Shown here: positions 20,625 through 30,158 of the stretch, piece after piece
Layout: each line of letters opens with the position of its first letter
Numbering within the stretch: position 1 is the stretch's first letter
NCBI GenBank assembly: GCA_963727445.1
Contig: CAVSGI010000006.1
Location: 448,001-512,000 of the forward strand
Source: an uncultured delta proteobacterium
GTDB lineage: Bacteria > Myxococcota_A > Polyangia > Polyangiales > B10-G4
Reading direction: 5' to 3'
DNA: 64,000 nt
Translations under genes and position numbers: made by a program
Notes under the pieces: generated by a model
The model's input: only the letters and a program-made list of their open reading frames with translations
What the model was told of the DNA's origin: nothing
Databases searched by the model: none

Positions 20625-21915
20625 GGATCCGGGCTTTCGTGCACGACTTCACCGCCGACGACCGTCATGCGAACGGCGCCGACGACCTCCTGATCGAGCC
20701 AGGGGGTGTTGTGGCTGCGGGAGCGTAGCGCGTCTTTTTGGACGATCCACCGTCGCTCGGGGGAGAGCACCGTGATGTCGGCGCGCGCGCCTTCGATGAG
20801 GCGTCCGCCTTCGTAGTCGGGGAGGAGCTTCGCTGGCGCGGTGGAGAGCACCTCGGCGAAGCGGAGCGGGGTCAAGACCTCCTCGCGGACGAGGGAGAGG
20901 AGGATGGGGACGGCGGTCTCGAGACCGATGATGCCGACCGACGCGGCGCCGAACTCGCAGTCCTTCTCGAGGGTGCTGTGCGGGGCGTGGTCGGTGGCGA
21001 CGCAGTCGATGGTGCCGTCCGCGAGGGCCGCCCGCAGCGCCTCCCGATCCTCGTCGGTGCGGAGCGGTGGGTTTACTTTGCAGTGGGTGTCGTAGCCGAG
21101 GAGCGCCTCGTCGGTGAGCGAGAGGTGGTGAGGCGTGACCTCGGCGGAGACGCGGAGCCCGCGCGCTCTTGGCCTCGCGCAGCAGGCGGACGGCGCCGAG
21201 GGACGAGATGTGGGCCACGTGATAGCGGCAGCCGGTGCCCTCGGCGAGGATCAGGTCGCGGGCGACGATCACGTCCTCGGCTTCCCGCGGCCAGCCGCGC
21301 GAGCCCGAGGCGGGTGGAGACCACGCCCTCGTGCATCTGGGCGCCGCGGGTGAGGTGGTGATCTTCGCAGTGCTGGGAGACGAGGAGGTCGAAGGTGCGC
21401 GCGTACTCCATCGCGCGGCGCATGACGGCGGCGTCCATCACACAGAGGCCGTCGTCGCTCACGCCGATCGCTCCCGCATCGCGGAGATCGGCCATCTCCG
21501 TGAGCTCTTCGCCGGCGAGGCCGCGGGTGAGGGCGCCGAAGGGCAAAAGGCGCGTACCGCCGACCTCCGCAGCGCGCGCGACCATCATCTCGGTGATTGC
21601 GCGGGTGTCGTTCGCCGGCTTGGTGTTCGCCATCGGGCAGACGGCGGTGAAGCCGCCGGCGGCGGCGGCGGCGAGGCCGGAGGCGATGTCCTCCTTGTAT
21701 TCCTGGCCGGGCTCCCGCAGATGGACGTGGAGATCGATCAGGCCTGGGAGCACCCAGTCGCCGTCGAGGTCGACGAAACGGATCGCTTCGCCGCTCAGCC
21801 CCTCGGCTGCGCCGGTTCCGATGCGGGTGACGCGGCCCTGATCGATGACGACGTCCGCCGTGGCGTCGTGTCCACTCGCCGGGTCGATCACCCGCCCGCG
21901 CCGAAGCACCAACAT
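20621..21915 (-). CDS. pyrC: Dihydroorotase (two apparent indels at ~21300 and ~21165)
   Basis: [45 protein letters not shown] spread over three frames. Confidence 0.9.
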
Positions 21916-21977
21916 GGACGGGGGGCCTAGTCCCTCGGGTCAGGTCGTGTCAACGGAGCTCGACCTGGCCCTTCGCT

Positions 21978-22250
21978 TCAGACGGCTTCTTGCTGGGAGT
22001 CGTCCGAGACCTCGGCGCTCTCGACGTCCTGCTCATCGAGATCGTCGCTGACCGCGCCGATCGTCCCGACGGAAGAAGCCTTCGACTTCTTGTCCTCGAG
22101 ACGGGTCTTCATGGACATGACTTTGCGGTACAGGGACGCGAAATCCTTGTGACGCGCGGCCATGGTGGGGGTTCCTCCGCGAAGGAGGGTCTGGAGGATG
22201 AACTCCATGACCTGGATTTCGCCCTCGGAGAAGCTGTTGCTGATTCGCAT
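21978..22250 (-). CDS. Small hypothetical protein (90 aa, acidic tail)
   Basis: Clean ORF with GC3 bias, preceded by a long AT-rich intergenic region. Confidence 0.7.
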   Translation of the reverse strand: MRISNSFSEGEIQVMEFILQTLLRGGTPTMAARHKDFASLYRKVMSMKTRLEDKKSKASSVGTIGAVSDDLDEQDVESAEVSDDSQQEAV

Positions 22251-22559
22251 GGTCCAGATCTAACTCAAGGGTCGTGCAATGACAATTCATGACGTGAGAT
22301 GTAGGGTCACAGAAGGTCATGTCACAGATTAGCTTTGCCTTATATCTGCTGATGATTGCACGTGAAACACTCGTCAAGTTTTCTGCATCATTTGTGATCA
22401 GTATCGGGCGCGATCGCCATCAATCGATCCGGATCGCCTTGACACGATTTGCAAACTCTCGGGTTCCTTGCACTTTTGGGGATCGGCCACGATACCCAGC
22501 GATCGCTTTTATCTAAGTGATCGAAATGATTGGGGGTTGGGGCGGGAGCGCGCTTCGCT

Positions 22560-22661
22560 GCGCACGCGCGGTTGGTTGTGCGGGGGTCTTGGCGAGGTGG
22601 TGGCCGGGGGGCGCACGCGCGGTTGGTTGTGCGGGGGTCTTGGCGAGGTGGTGGCCGGGGG
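22560..22661. repeat. Exact 51-bp tandem duplication
   Basis: GCGCACGCGCGGTTGGTTGTGCGGGGGTCTTGGCGAGGTGGTGGCCGGGGG at 22560-22610 and 22611-22661. Confidence 0.95.
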
Positions 22662-22726
22662 CGGTACGCTCGTTTCGCTTCGCTCACTCAGTTTGATGGT
22701 GGCGAGCGCCCTTAGCGCCGCTTGAT

Positions 22727-22997
22727 GGGGACGGTCTACACTTTTCAACCTTCGGCCGGGCTGCGCGCATGCGCCCGGAACCCGCGGGTGCGTGGCGAAA
22801 GTTGAAAAGTGAGCGCAGCGAACGCTCTGAGCGCAGCGAAGCGCGCTTAGCGCCGCGTGATGGGGACGGTCTACACTTTTCAACTTTCGGCTGGGCTGCG
22901 CGCATGCGCCCGGAACCCGGGGGGTGCGTGGCGAAAGTTGAAGAGTGTAGACCGTCCCCGTGTGCGTGGCGAAAGTTGAAAAGTGTAGACCGTCCCC
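22727..22997. repeat. REP/BIME/MITE-like cluster of 28-bp inverted repeats
   Basis: Left arms GGGGACGGTCTACACTTTTCAACyTTCG at 22727 and 22862; right arms CGAAAGTTGAArAGTGTAGACCGTCCCC at 22932 and 22970, plus a truncated one at 22796; the internal ~42-bp spacers are near-identical. Confidence 0.9.
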
Positions 22998-23010
22998 GTT
23001 AGCGGTTGGC

Positions 23011-24717
23011 TCAGTCCAGCACTGCGTCCGCGGCCGTTACCCTCAGGACCTCGTCGATCGTGGTGATGCCTTCGAGGATCTTCTTGATGCCGGCCATGCG
23101 GAGGGTGTCGACGCCATCGCGGATCATCTCGATCTTGAGCTCGGCGGTGTTGGCGCCCTCCAGCACCCGGTTCTTCAGGTTCTCGGTGAAGGGCATGACC
23201 TCGTAGAGGGCGACGCGGCCCTTGTAGCCCGTGTCGTTGCACGTGCGACAGCCGCGGCCCTTCATGATGGTCGCGCCCTCGATCTGCTCGGGACGAAAGC
23301 CCGCGTTCACGAGCGCGTCGTGGTCGACCTCGATCGGCTCCTTGCAGTCGGCGCAGATGCGGCGGGCGAGGCGCTGGGCGAGGACGAGGTTGACCGACGC
23401 CGTCACGAGGAAAGGCTCCACACCCATGTTCAGGAGGCGCGTCACCGTGCTCGGCGCGTCGTTGGTGTGCAGCGTCGAGAGCACGAGGTGGCCGGTGAGC
23501 GCAGCCTTGACCGCGATCTCGCCCGTCTCGAAGTCCCGGATCTCACCGACCATGATGATGTCGGGGTCCTGGCGCAGGAAGCTGCGGAGCGACGCGGCGA
23601 AGTTCAGCCCGATGTCCTCGTGCTGCTGCACCTGGTTGATGCCCATCAAGTTGTACTCGACGGGATCCTCGGCGGTGCTGATGTTCGTCTCCATGTCGTT
23701 CAGCTCGGAGAGCGCCGAATAGAGCGTCGTCGTCTTACCGGAGCCGGTGGGACCCGTGACGAGCACCATCCCGTAGGGCTGATGGATGGCGTGCTTGAAG
23801 TCGGCGAGCGGCTTCTCGCCGAAGCCGAGCTTGCGCATGTCGAGCTGCAGGTTCGACTTGTCGAGAAGACGCATGACGATCTTCTCGCCCCAGATCGTCG
23901 GCAGCACCGAGACGCGGAAGTCCATCTCGCGCCCCTTGCCGAGCTTGAGCTTGATGCGTCCGTCCTGGGGCAGGCGCCGCTCGGCGATGTCCAGTGAGGA
24001 CATGATCTTGAAGCGTGACGCGATCGCGTTCTTCAACTGGATCGGTGGCGTCATCTCCTGGTGCAGCACGCCATCGATGCGATAGCGCACCCGCAGCACC
24101 TTCTCGTAGGGCTCGATGTGGATGTCGCTCGTGCCCTTCTTGATGGCGTTCAAGAGGATGGCGTTGCAGAGGCGCACCACGGGGGCCGCCTCGGACTCGG
24201 AGGCGAGATCGACGCCGTCGAGGTCGTCCTCTTCGGCGAACTCGATCTCCGATTCGTCGAAGCCCTCCATGATCTCGTCGTAGGAGATCTCGGGTGCCGC
24301 GTAGTGGCGCTCGATCGCCGCGACGATGGCCGCTTCGGAGGAGACGACGGGCTCGACGTTGTAGCCGGTGAGGAACTTGATGTCGTCGATGGCGTGCAGG
24401 TTCGACGGATCGGCCATCGCGACGATCAACGAGGAGCCCGCGCGCGACACCGGGATGATCTTGTGCCTCAGGCATACCTCGTTGCTCACCAGCTTGATGA
24501 CCTCGCGATCGATCTCGTACTCGGAGAGATCGATCGCTTGCACGCGATACTGCTGGCTCAGGAACTCGGTGATCTCCTGATCGGAGATGAACCCCATCTT
24601 CGCGAGGGCGTATCCGAGGCTGGCGCCTGACTTCTGCTGCTCTTCTTGGGCTACACGGAGCTGCTGCAGGCTGATGAGCTTTTGTCTGACCAGAAGCTCG
24701 CCGAGTCGGTTCGACAT
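23011..24717 (-). CDS. pilB: Type IV-A pilus assembly ATPase PilB
   Basis: RLGELLV (MshEN-like N-terminus), ERRLPQDG, GPTGSGKTTTLY, LRQDPD, TGHLVLSTLHTN, two CxxC pairs. Confidence 0.95.
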   Translation of the reverse strand: MSNRLGELLVRQKLISLQQLRVAQEEQQKSGASLGYALAKMGFISDQEITEFLSQQYRVQAIDLSEYEIDREVIKLVSNEVCLRHKIIPVSRAGSSLIVAMADPSNLHAIDDIKFLTGYNVEPVVSSEAAIVAAIERHYAAPEISYDEIMEGFDESEIEFAEEDDLDGVDLASESEAAPVVRLCNAILLNAIKKGTSDIHIEPYEKVLRVRYRIDGVLHQEMTPPIQLKNAIASRFKIMSSLDIAERRLPQDGRIKLKLGKGREMDFRVSVLPTIWGEKIVMRLLDKSNLQLDMRKLGFGEKPLADFKHAIHQPYGMVLVTGPTGSGKTTTLYSALSELNDMETNISTAEDPVEYNLMGINQVQQHEDIGLNFAASLRSFLRQDPDIIMVGEIRDFETGEIAVKAALTGHLVLSTLHTNDAPSTVTRLLNMGVEPFLVTASVNLVLAQRLARRICADCKEPIEVDHDALVNAGFRPEQIEGATIMKGRGCRTCNDTGYKGRVALYEVMPFTENLKNRVLEGANTAELKIEMIRDGVDTLRMAGIKKILEGITTIDEVLRVTAADAVLD

Positions 24718-24838
24718 CGCGTTCCTTTCTCGCGGAGGGGTAGGGCGCAAAGGATACCAGAGGAGCCCCCTGTGGCCCCCCGACCAATTCAGCGCGAACG
24801 TCCCACCCCCACCTCCGATCCGGACTAAGCTTCGCTCG

Positions 24839-26005
24839 ATGAGCTTCCTCAGGCGGATGTTCAGCCGACCCTACCGCCAGGCGCGCGCTGCGGAAGGTGC
24901 TGGGGATTACCGACGCGCCGCGGCGCTCTACGTCGAGGCCGAGCTCCCCGAGGAGGCGGCCAATGCGCTCCTCTTTCACGCCGCCCGCGCTCCCACCCTC
25001 GAGGAGCGGCTGGCGGCCTACCACGACGCCCTTCGCTGGCTCCCCGAGGATCATCCCCGGAGGCCCGAAGTGGAGGCGCAGATCGGGCTCGCGGTTCTGG
25101 ATGATGCACGGCGCCGCGGAGCGCGGAGCGCCGAGGAAAAGCGCCGCCTCGCCGACGCCGCCAAGCGCCTCGAGGAGGCCGACCGACCCACGGAGGCGGC
25201 CAACGCGTGGGAGCTCCTCGAGCGCTGGGACGACGCCGCGCGCTGTCTCGAGGCCGCGGGCGAGGTGGAGCGCCTCGAAGCGCTCCTCGAGCGTACCGGC
25301 GAGGCCGAGGACCGGCGTCGCAAGCTCCGGGGCTTCGTGAAGGAATACGAGATGGCGATGGCGGTCGGGGCACGCCTCGAGGCCCGGGACGCCCTGCAGA
25401 AGGCGCTCGCCGTCGATCCCCAGGACACGTCGGTGGCCGAGCTCCTTCGCCGGCTCACGGCGCGGATGCCGAGCCCACACCGGATCGAGCTTCGAGTCGA
25501 CGAGCGCCGGGTGCTCGCCATCGGTAAGCTCCCCGCCGTGCTGGGGCGCGTAGGGGCCGACGTCGTGATTCGCGGTGCGAGCGTCTCGCGGCACCACACC
25601 GAGATCGACGTCGTGGACGGGGCGCTGGTCGTGCGTGACCTCGACAGTCGCAACGGGACGCTGATCCGCGGCCTGCCGATCGTGGGAGAGGTGCGCCTCG
25701 AAGGGGAGACCACCCTCGGCCTGGGCGACGACGTCACGTTGAAGGTGGTGACGACAGGCGACCTGAACGTGGAGATCCACGTCGACCGCGGCCTCGACCG
25801 TGGGACGGTGGTCTTGATCGGCAAGGCCGCGATGCGTCTTCCCGTCGCGCCTGGCCGCGTGTTCTTCGCCGAGGGCCACGCGACGCTGGAGGCGGACGAA
25901 GGGATCGAGCTTCGCCTCGGGTCCCAGGAGTGCGCCCTGCCCATCCTGCTCCTCGACGAGGACGAGATCACCCTCGGGCCGCATCGAATCGGGGTGCGCC
26001 GATGA
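24839..26005 (+). CDS. TPR-like + FHA domain protein
   Basis: Helical repeats followed by FHA motifs LGR, VSRHH, DLDSRNGT. Confidence 0.85.
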   Translation: MSFLRRMFSRPYRQARAAEGAGDYRRAAALYVEAELPEEAANALLFHAARAPTLEERLAAYHDALRWLPEDHPRRPEVEAQIGLAVLDDARRRGARSAEEKRRLADAAKRLEEADRPTEAANAWELLERWDDAARCLEAAGEVERLEALLERTGEAEDRRRKLRGFVKEYEMAMAVGARLEARDALQKALAVDPQDTSVAELLRRLTARMPSPHRIELRVDERRVLAIGKLPAVLGRVGADVVIRGASVSRHHTEIDVVDGALVVRDLDSRNGTLIRGLPIVGEVRLEGETTLGLGDDVTLKVVTTGDLNVEIHVDRGLDRGTVVLIGKAAMRLPVAPGRVFFAEGHATLEADEGIELRLGSQECALPILLLDEDEITLGPHRIGVRR

Positions 26006-27267
26006 GCGTGTGGAAACGCCTCTTCGGGCTCGACCGGGCCCCCGGCACCGAAGACGAGCCCGCGCCCGCCGAGAAGAAGGACGCGCCGCGCGCACGGGGG
26101 CGCGGAGCCGCGGAGGCCGACCCCTCTTCTCCGGACGCGCGCCTCGAAGCGATGGGGGACGCACCCTCGGCGGCGATCGACGAGGGCGAGGTGCTCGCGC
26201 TCTTCGAGGCCCTCGAGTCGCGCGGCCGCCAGGCGCGTGCCCTCGACCTCGCGCGCCGCGTTCTCGCCCATCACCCCGAGCTCCACGTGCTCCGCCTGCG
26301 CATCGCGCAGTCGCTCTCGTCGCGGGGCGACGACTCGGGAGCCCATCAGGTCCTCGAATCCTTGGTGGCCACCGCGGAGCCCCCGCTCGAAGCGCTGATG
26401 CTCGCCGCCGAAATCGCCGAGCGCGCCGGGGATCTCTCGGGCGCCATGGCGCTCTACCAGCGCGTGCTCGCGCGCGACCTCGACTTCGCCCAGGCGCGGG
26501 AGCGCGTGGCGCGGATCCGCGAGCGCAGGGAGCCGCGGCGGGAGCTCGCCGGGGCCACGCTGATGACCGACGGTGCCCTCGCACGAGGCCGTTACCGGGT
26601 TCAGCGGGAGCTCGGGCGGGGCGGCGCGGGCACGGTCTTCGCCGCGCGGGATGACCGCATCGGTCGAGTCGTGGCCCTCAAGGTCTATCACCGCCGGGGG
26701 CGCGTCGAGCGCGAGCGCCTGCTCGCCGAAGCGCAGACCCCGGCGAACCTCGAGCACCCAGGCGTGGTGCGCATCTTCGACCTCGACCCGGGGCTCGGGG
26801 CCATCGCCATGGAGTGGGTGCGGGGCGGCTCGATCCGCCACGAGATCGACGTGCGGGCGATCCCCATCGAGCGGGTGAAGCTCTGGCTCCGGACCGCCCT
26901 CGAAGCGCTCTCCTTCGTTCATGCCGCCGGCTTCGTGCATCGCGACCTCAAGCCCTCGAACTTCCTGCTCCGCGAGGACGGCCGCGTGGTGCTCACCGAC
27001 TTCGGGCTCGCGACCCGCATCGGCGAGGTGGGCATCGCGAGCGGGGGGCAGGGGACCCTCGCCTACATGGCCCCAGAGCAACGCCGCGCTGACGCCGAGG
27101 CGGCGCCCCCCGAGGACGTGCACGCCTTCGGCGCCAGCATGCGCGAGCTCTTGGGCAAGGCGAGCGGGGAGATCCCTTCGGCCCTGCTCTCCCTCGCCGA
27201 GGCGTGTACAGTCGGCGATCCCGCTTCCCGTCCGACGATGGACGAGCTACTGAGCGCCCTGTCATGA
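26002..27267 (+). CDS. Ser/Thr protein kinase with N-terminal TPR-like region
   Basis: LGRGGAG, VALK, HRDLKPSN, DFG, YMAPE; ATGA overlap with the FHA gene. Confidence 0.92.
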   Translation: MSVWKRLFGLDRAPGTEDEPAPAEKKDAPRARGRGAAEADPSSPDARLEAMGDAPSAAIDEGEVLALFEALESRGRQARALDLARRVLAHHPELHVLRLRIAQSLSSRGDDSGAHQVLESLVATAEPPLEALMLAAEIAERAGDLSGAMALYQRVLARDLDFAQARERVARIRERREPRRELAGATLMTDGALARGRYRVQRELGRGGAGTVFAARDDRIGRVVALKVYHRRGRVERERLLAEAQTPANLEHPGVVRIFDLDPGLGAIAMEWVRGGSIRHEIDVRAIPIERVKLWLRTALEALSFVHAAGFVHRDLKPSNFLLREDGRVVLTDFGLATRIGEVGIASGGQGTLAYMAPEQRRADAEAAPPEDVHAFGASMRELLGKASGEIPSALLSLAEACTVGDPASRPTMDELLSALS

Positions 27268-28112
27268 ACATCGAGAGTGCAGCCGACTATCCCCGTACGA
27301 GCGAGGCGTCCTTCGTCCGCACCCGCGACGGCGTCCAGCAGCGCGTTCGCCGCTGGCCCACGGAAGGGACGCCGAGGGCATCGATTGTGATACACCATGG
27401 CCTGGGGGAGCACAGCGGTCGCTATGAGCGCACCGGCCGCCTCCTGGCCGATGGGGGCTTCGACGTGAGCGCCTTCGATTGCCGTGGTCACGGGGAGACG
27501 AAGGGGCGCCAGGGGTATGTTCACGACGTCAATCAGTTCTTGGATGATATCGAGGATCACCTCATAAGAGCTCGGGATATCAGTGAGAAAGTCGTTTTGA
27601 TGGGACACTCGATGGGAGGCCTCCTGGCCTGTCGTTACGCTGTGAGCGACCGACCGCAGCCCGACCTGCTGATCCTCTCGGCCCCCGCTCTCGACGCGGC
27701 GATCCCGAGCTGGCAGCGCACGGCCGTGCCCCTCCTCGCCAAGGTCCTGCCCAAGCTTCCCCTCGACACGCCGGTCAGGCGAGGACAACTCACGCGTGAT
27801 ACGAAGGTCGAGGACGCCTACTTCGCCAATCCCCTCGTCTTCACGGCCGGGACCAGCCGACTCGGGGGAGTGCTGCTCGAAGCCCAGGACTACGCACGGA
27901 GCCATGCCGACCGCATCCGCGTGCCGACTCTGGTGATCCACGGCGGCCGAGACGAGCTCGTCTCACCGGGCTTCAGCGAGCCTCTCGGCCATCTCGAGGG
28001 GGTAGAGCGAAAGGTCTTTCCGAGCCTGAGGCACGAGACGCTCAACGAGCCCGAGGGCCCCGAGGTCGTCGCCTTCCTCCTCGCTTGGCTCGACCGCCAC
28101 CTCGCCGCCTGA
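27264..28112 (+). CDS. Lysophospholipase/monoacylglycerol lipase (alpha/beta hydrolase)
   Basis: HGLGEHSGRY, GHSMGG, HETLNE. Confidence 0.9.
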   Translation: MNIESAADYPRTSEASFVRTRDGVQQRVRRWPTEGTPRASIVIHHGLGEHSGRYERTGRLLADGGFDVSAFDCRGHGETKGRQGYVHDVNQFLDDIEDHLIRARDISEKVVLMGHSMGGLLACRYAVSDRPQPDLLILSAPALDAAIPSWQRTAVPLLAKVLPKLPLDTPVRRGQLTRDTKVEDAYFANPLVFTAGTSRLGGVLLEAQDYARSHADRIRVPTLVIHGGRDELVSPGFSEPLGHLEGVERKVFPSLRHETLNEPEGPEVVAFLLAWLDRHLAA

Positions 28113-28122
28113 CACCTCTGCG

Positions 28123-29202
28123 GTGCCCCCCGAGAAGAAACGGGTCGTCTTCATCGACCTCCTCAGGCTTCTGGCCACCTTCCAGATGGTCCAGGGCCAC
28201 AGCGTCGACGCCGTCCTCGCCACGGACCTCCGCACCGGGCCGGTCTTCGCGGCGTGGAGCTGGATTCGGGGCCTGACCTCGGTTGCCTTCCTCTTCGCGG
28301 CGGGGGTCTCCTTTCACCTCGCCACCCTCAGCCGCTTCGAGGCTCATCGCGCGAGCCCAGCCGCCATCAAGCGCCGCATCAAGCGCGGGTTGCTCCTCGT
28401 CTTCATCGGCTACCTCCTGCACAACCCCTTCGGCGCGCTCTTCAGTGGTCATTGGGGTGCAGCACTCGCCCACGCGGCCATCGTCGACGTGCTCCAATGC
28501 ATCGGCGTATCGATATTGATTCTCGAGGGTTTGACCCTCGTCCTTCGCTCACCGCGTCAGGTGGTGGTCACCTCGGGGGTACTCGCCGCCGTGGTGATCC
28601 TGAGCTGGCCCCTCACGGAAGCGGCGCCCACCACTGGGCCCGAGGCCTGGCTCACCAACTACCTCACCCACGCGGGCGGCTCGATCTTCCCGCTCTTCCC
28701 CTGGGCCGGTTACCTCTTCACCGGGGTGGTGGTCGGCGCCATCGCATGCCCCAGCGGTCAGCTCGAGCGGCGCGGCGTCCTCTTTCTCTTCGTCTTCGCC
28801 GCCGCCCTCTGGGCCGCTTCGGCGTCGGTGCGCTTCCTCCCCTACGCAGCGGACGCGCCCGATCCCGGCCCGGGAATCTTCAAGCTCGCCGTCATCGTGC
28901 TGATCTCGGCGCTCCTCGCCCTGGCCACCGCGACCCGCTCCTCCCTTCCGCGGCTCCTCACGATCCTCGCCGGAGAGACGTTGGTGATCTACGTCGTGCA
29001 CATCGCGCTCCTCTACGGCGACGGCTATGGGCTGGCCGACCAAATGGGGCCGACGGCGAGCGCGGGGACGGCACTCCTGGTGGCGCTGGGCATGGTGATC
29101 GTGTCGGCTTTGGTGGGGATCGGCTGGCATCGCCTCAAGGAGATCCGCTCGGGCCGCGGCGGCGGGCCCACGGCTCTTGCCCGGGGGGTCAAAGCGGGTT
29201 AA
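28123..29202 (+). CDS. Membrane acyltransferase (HGSNAT/DUF1624-like)
   Basis: IDLLR...MVQGH, FLFAAG, DVLQCIG, FPLFPW; multiple TM segments. Confidence 0.85.
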   Translation: MPPEKKRVVFIDLLRLLATFQMVQGHSVDAVLATDLRTGPVFAAWSWIRGLTSVAFLFAAGVSFHLATLSRFEAHRASPAAIKRRIKRGLLLVFIGYLLHNPFGALFSGHWGAALAHAAIVDVLQCIGVSILILEGLTLVLRSPRQVVVTSGVLAAVVILSWPLTEAAPTTGPEAWLTNYLTHAGGSIFPLFPWAGYLFTGVVVGAIACPSGQLERRGVLFLFVFAAALWAASASVRFLPYAADAPDPGPGIFKLAVIVLISALLALATATRSSLPRLLTILAGETLVIYVVHIALLYGDGYGLADQMGPTASAGTALLVALGMVIVSALVGIGWHRLKEIRSGRGGGPTALARGVKAG

Positions 29203-29212
29203 CCCGCCCCCG

Positions 29213-30091
29213 ATGGCCAAGAAGCCCAAGGTGCAGCCCCGGGATCCCAACAAGGCCCTGGCCGAGATGGAGCGGCCCGCGGTCCGCTGGAAAGTGGTTG
29301 GGCTGGTCGGCCTGGGCTTCGTCGCTCTGTGGGCGCTGGCCATCGGTCTGATGCCGTGGGCCGGCTACGTCGGCGTCGGGGTGGCCGGTGTGCTCACCAT
29401 CGCGGCCCTCGGCTTCGGCATCTACATGCTCCGGCTGACCCGCAAGAGTCAGGGCATCGTCGACATCCTCAAGACGGCGACGGACGAAGAGGGGCGCAAG
29501 GCGGCCCTCGAGAAGCTCGACGAGAAGGTGGAGAAGGGAGACGCCATGGCCGCGCTGGCCAAGGCGCAGCTCGTCGCCCAGGACAAGCCCAACGAGGCGG
29601 TCAAGGTGCTCGAGGCGGTGGACATCGACAAGACTCCAGCCGCGATCCGCGACGACGTTCGCGCGAACCTCGGGCTGCTCTACCTGATGACCGGGCGCGC
29701 CAAGGACGCGCGCGCGCTGGCGGACGAGATCACCTTCAAGAACCAGCCGCAGCCGAAGGCGAAGGCGATGTACGCAGCGGTGGTGGCCGAGGCGTTCGCG
29801 CGCACCGGCAAGTCGAAGGAAGCGAAGAACCTCCTCGAGACCTATCCCGCCGAGGACCCGGCCTACGGGGAGGTGGGCGCCATGCTCTACCGCGCGCAGG
29901 TCTACACCTTCATGGCGACGAAGAACCGCGGCCTCGCGAAGAAGGCCATGGAGAAGCTCGGCACCATCGACCCCAACATGGTCGCCGCGTTCGTGGGCAA
30001 GGGGAACAACCCCCAGATCCAGAAGATGGCCAAGCAGGTCATCCAGGGGCTGGGGATGATGCCCAAGCAGAAGGTTCGGATGATGCGCTGA
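29213..30091 (+). CDS. Membrane-anchored TPR-like protein
   Basis: Two N-terminal TM helices followed by helical repeats; strong codon bias. Confidence 0.75.
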   Translation: MAKKPKVQPRDPNKALAEMERPAVRWKVVGLVGLGFVALWALAIGLMPWAGYVGVGVAGVLTIAALGFGIYMLRLTRKSQGIVDILKTATDEEGRKAALEKLDEKVEKGDAMAALAKAQLVAQDKPNEAVKVLEAVDIDKTPAAIRDDVRANLGLLYLMTGRAKDARALADEITFKNQPQPKAKAMYAAVVAEAFARTGKSKEAKNLLETYPAEDPAYGEVGAMLYRAQVYTFMATKNRGLAKKAMEKLGTIDPNMVAAFVGKGNNPQIQKMAKQVIQGLGMMPKQKVRMMR

Positions 30092-30158
30092 GTCGGCGGA
30101 GGGGCCGCGAATCCCTCGACGGTCGCGGTCTCTCGAGCGAAGCCCTCTGGGCGGCGAG

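Noticed and set aside
18077..21915. Pseudogenisation of pyrC, carA, scoA and scoB
   Set aside because: Only single-base indels with intact motifs and no nonsense decay; the same pattern occurs window-wide, consistent with sequencing error.
22560..22997. CRISPR array
   Set aside because: The repeats are inverted or tandem with near-identical spacers, and no cas genes are present.
23735..26584. Long Arg/Pro/Ala-rich alternative-frame ORFs (e.g. 949 aa here, 1091 aa at 8643-11918, 848 aa at 40663-43209)
   Set aside because: Typical stop-poor shadow frames of high-GC DNA overlapping well-supported genes.
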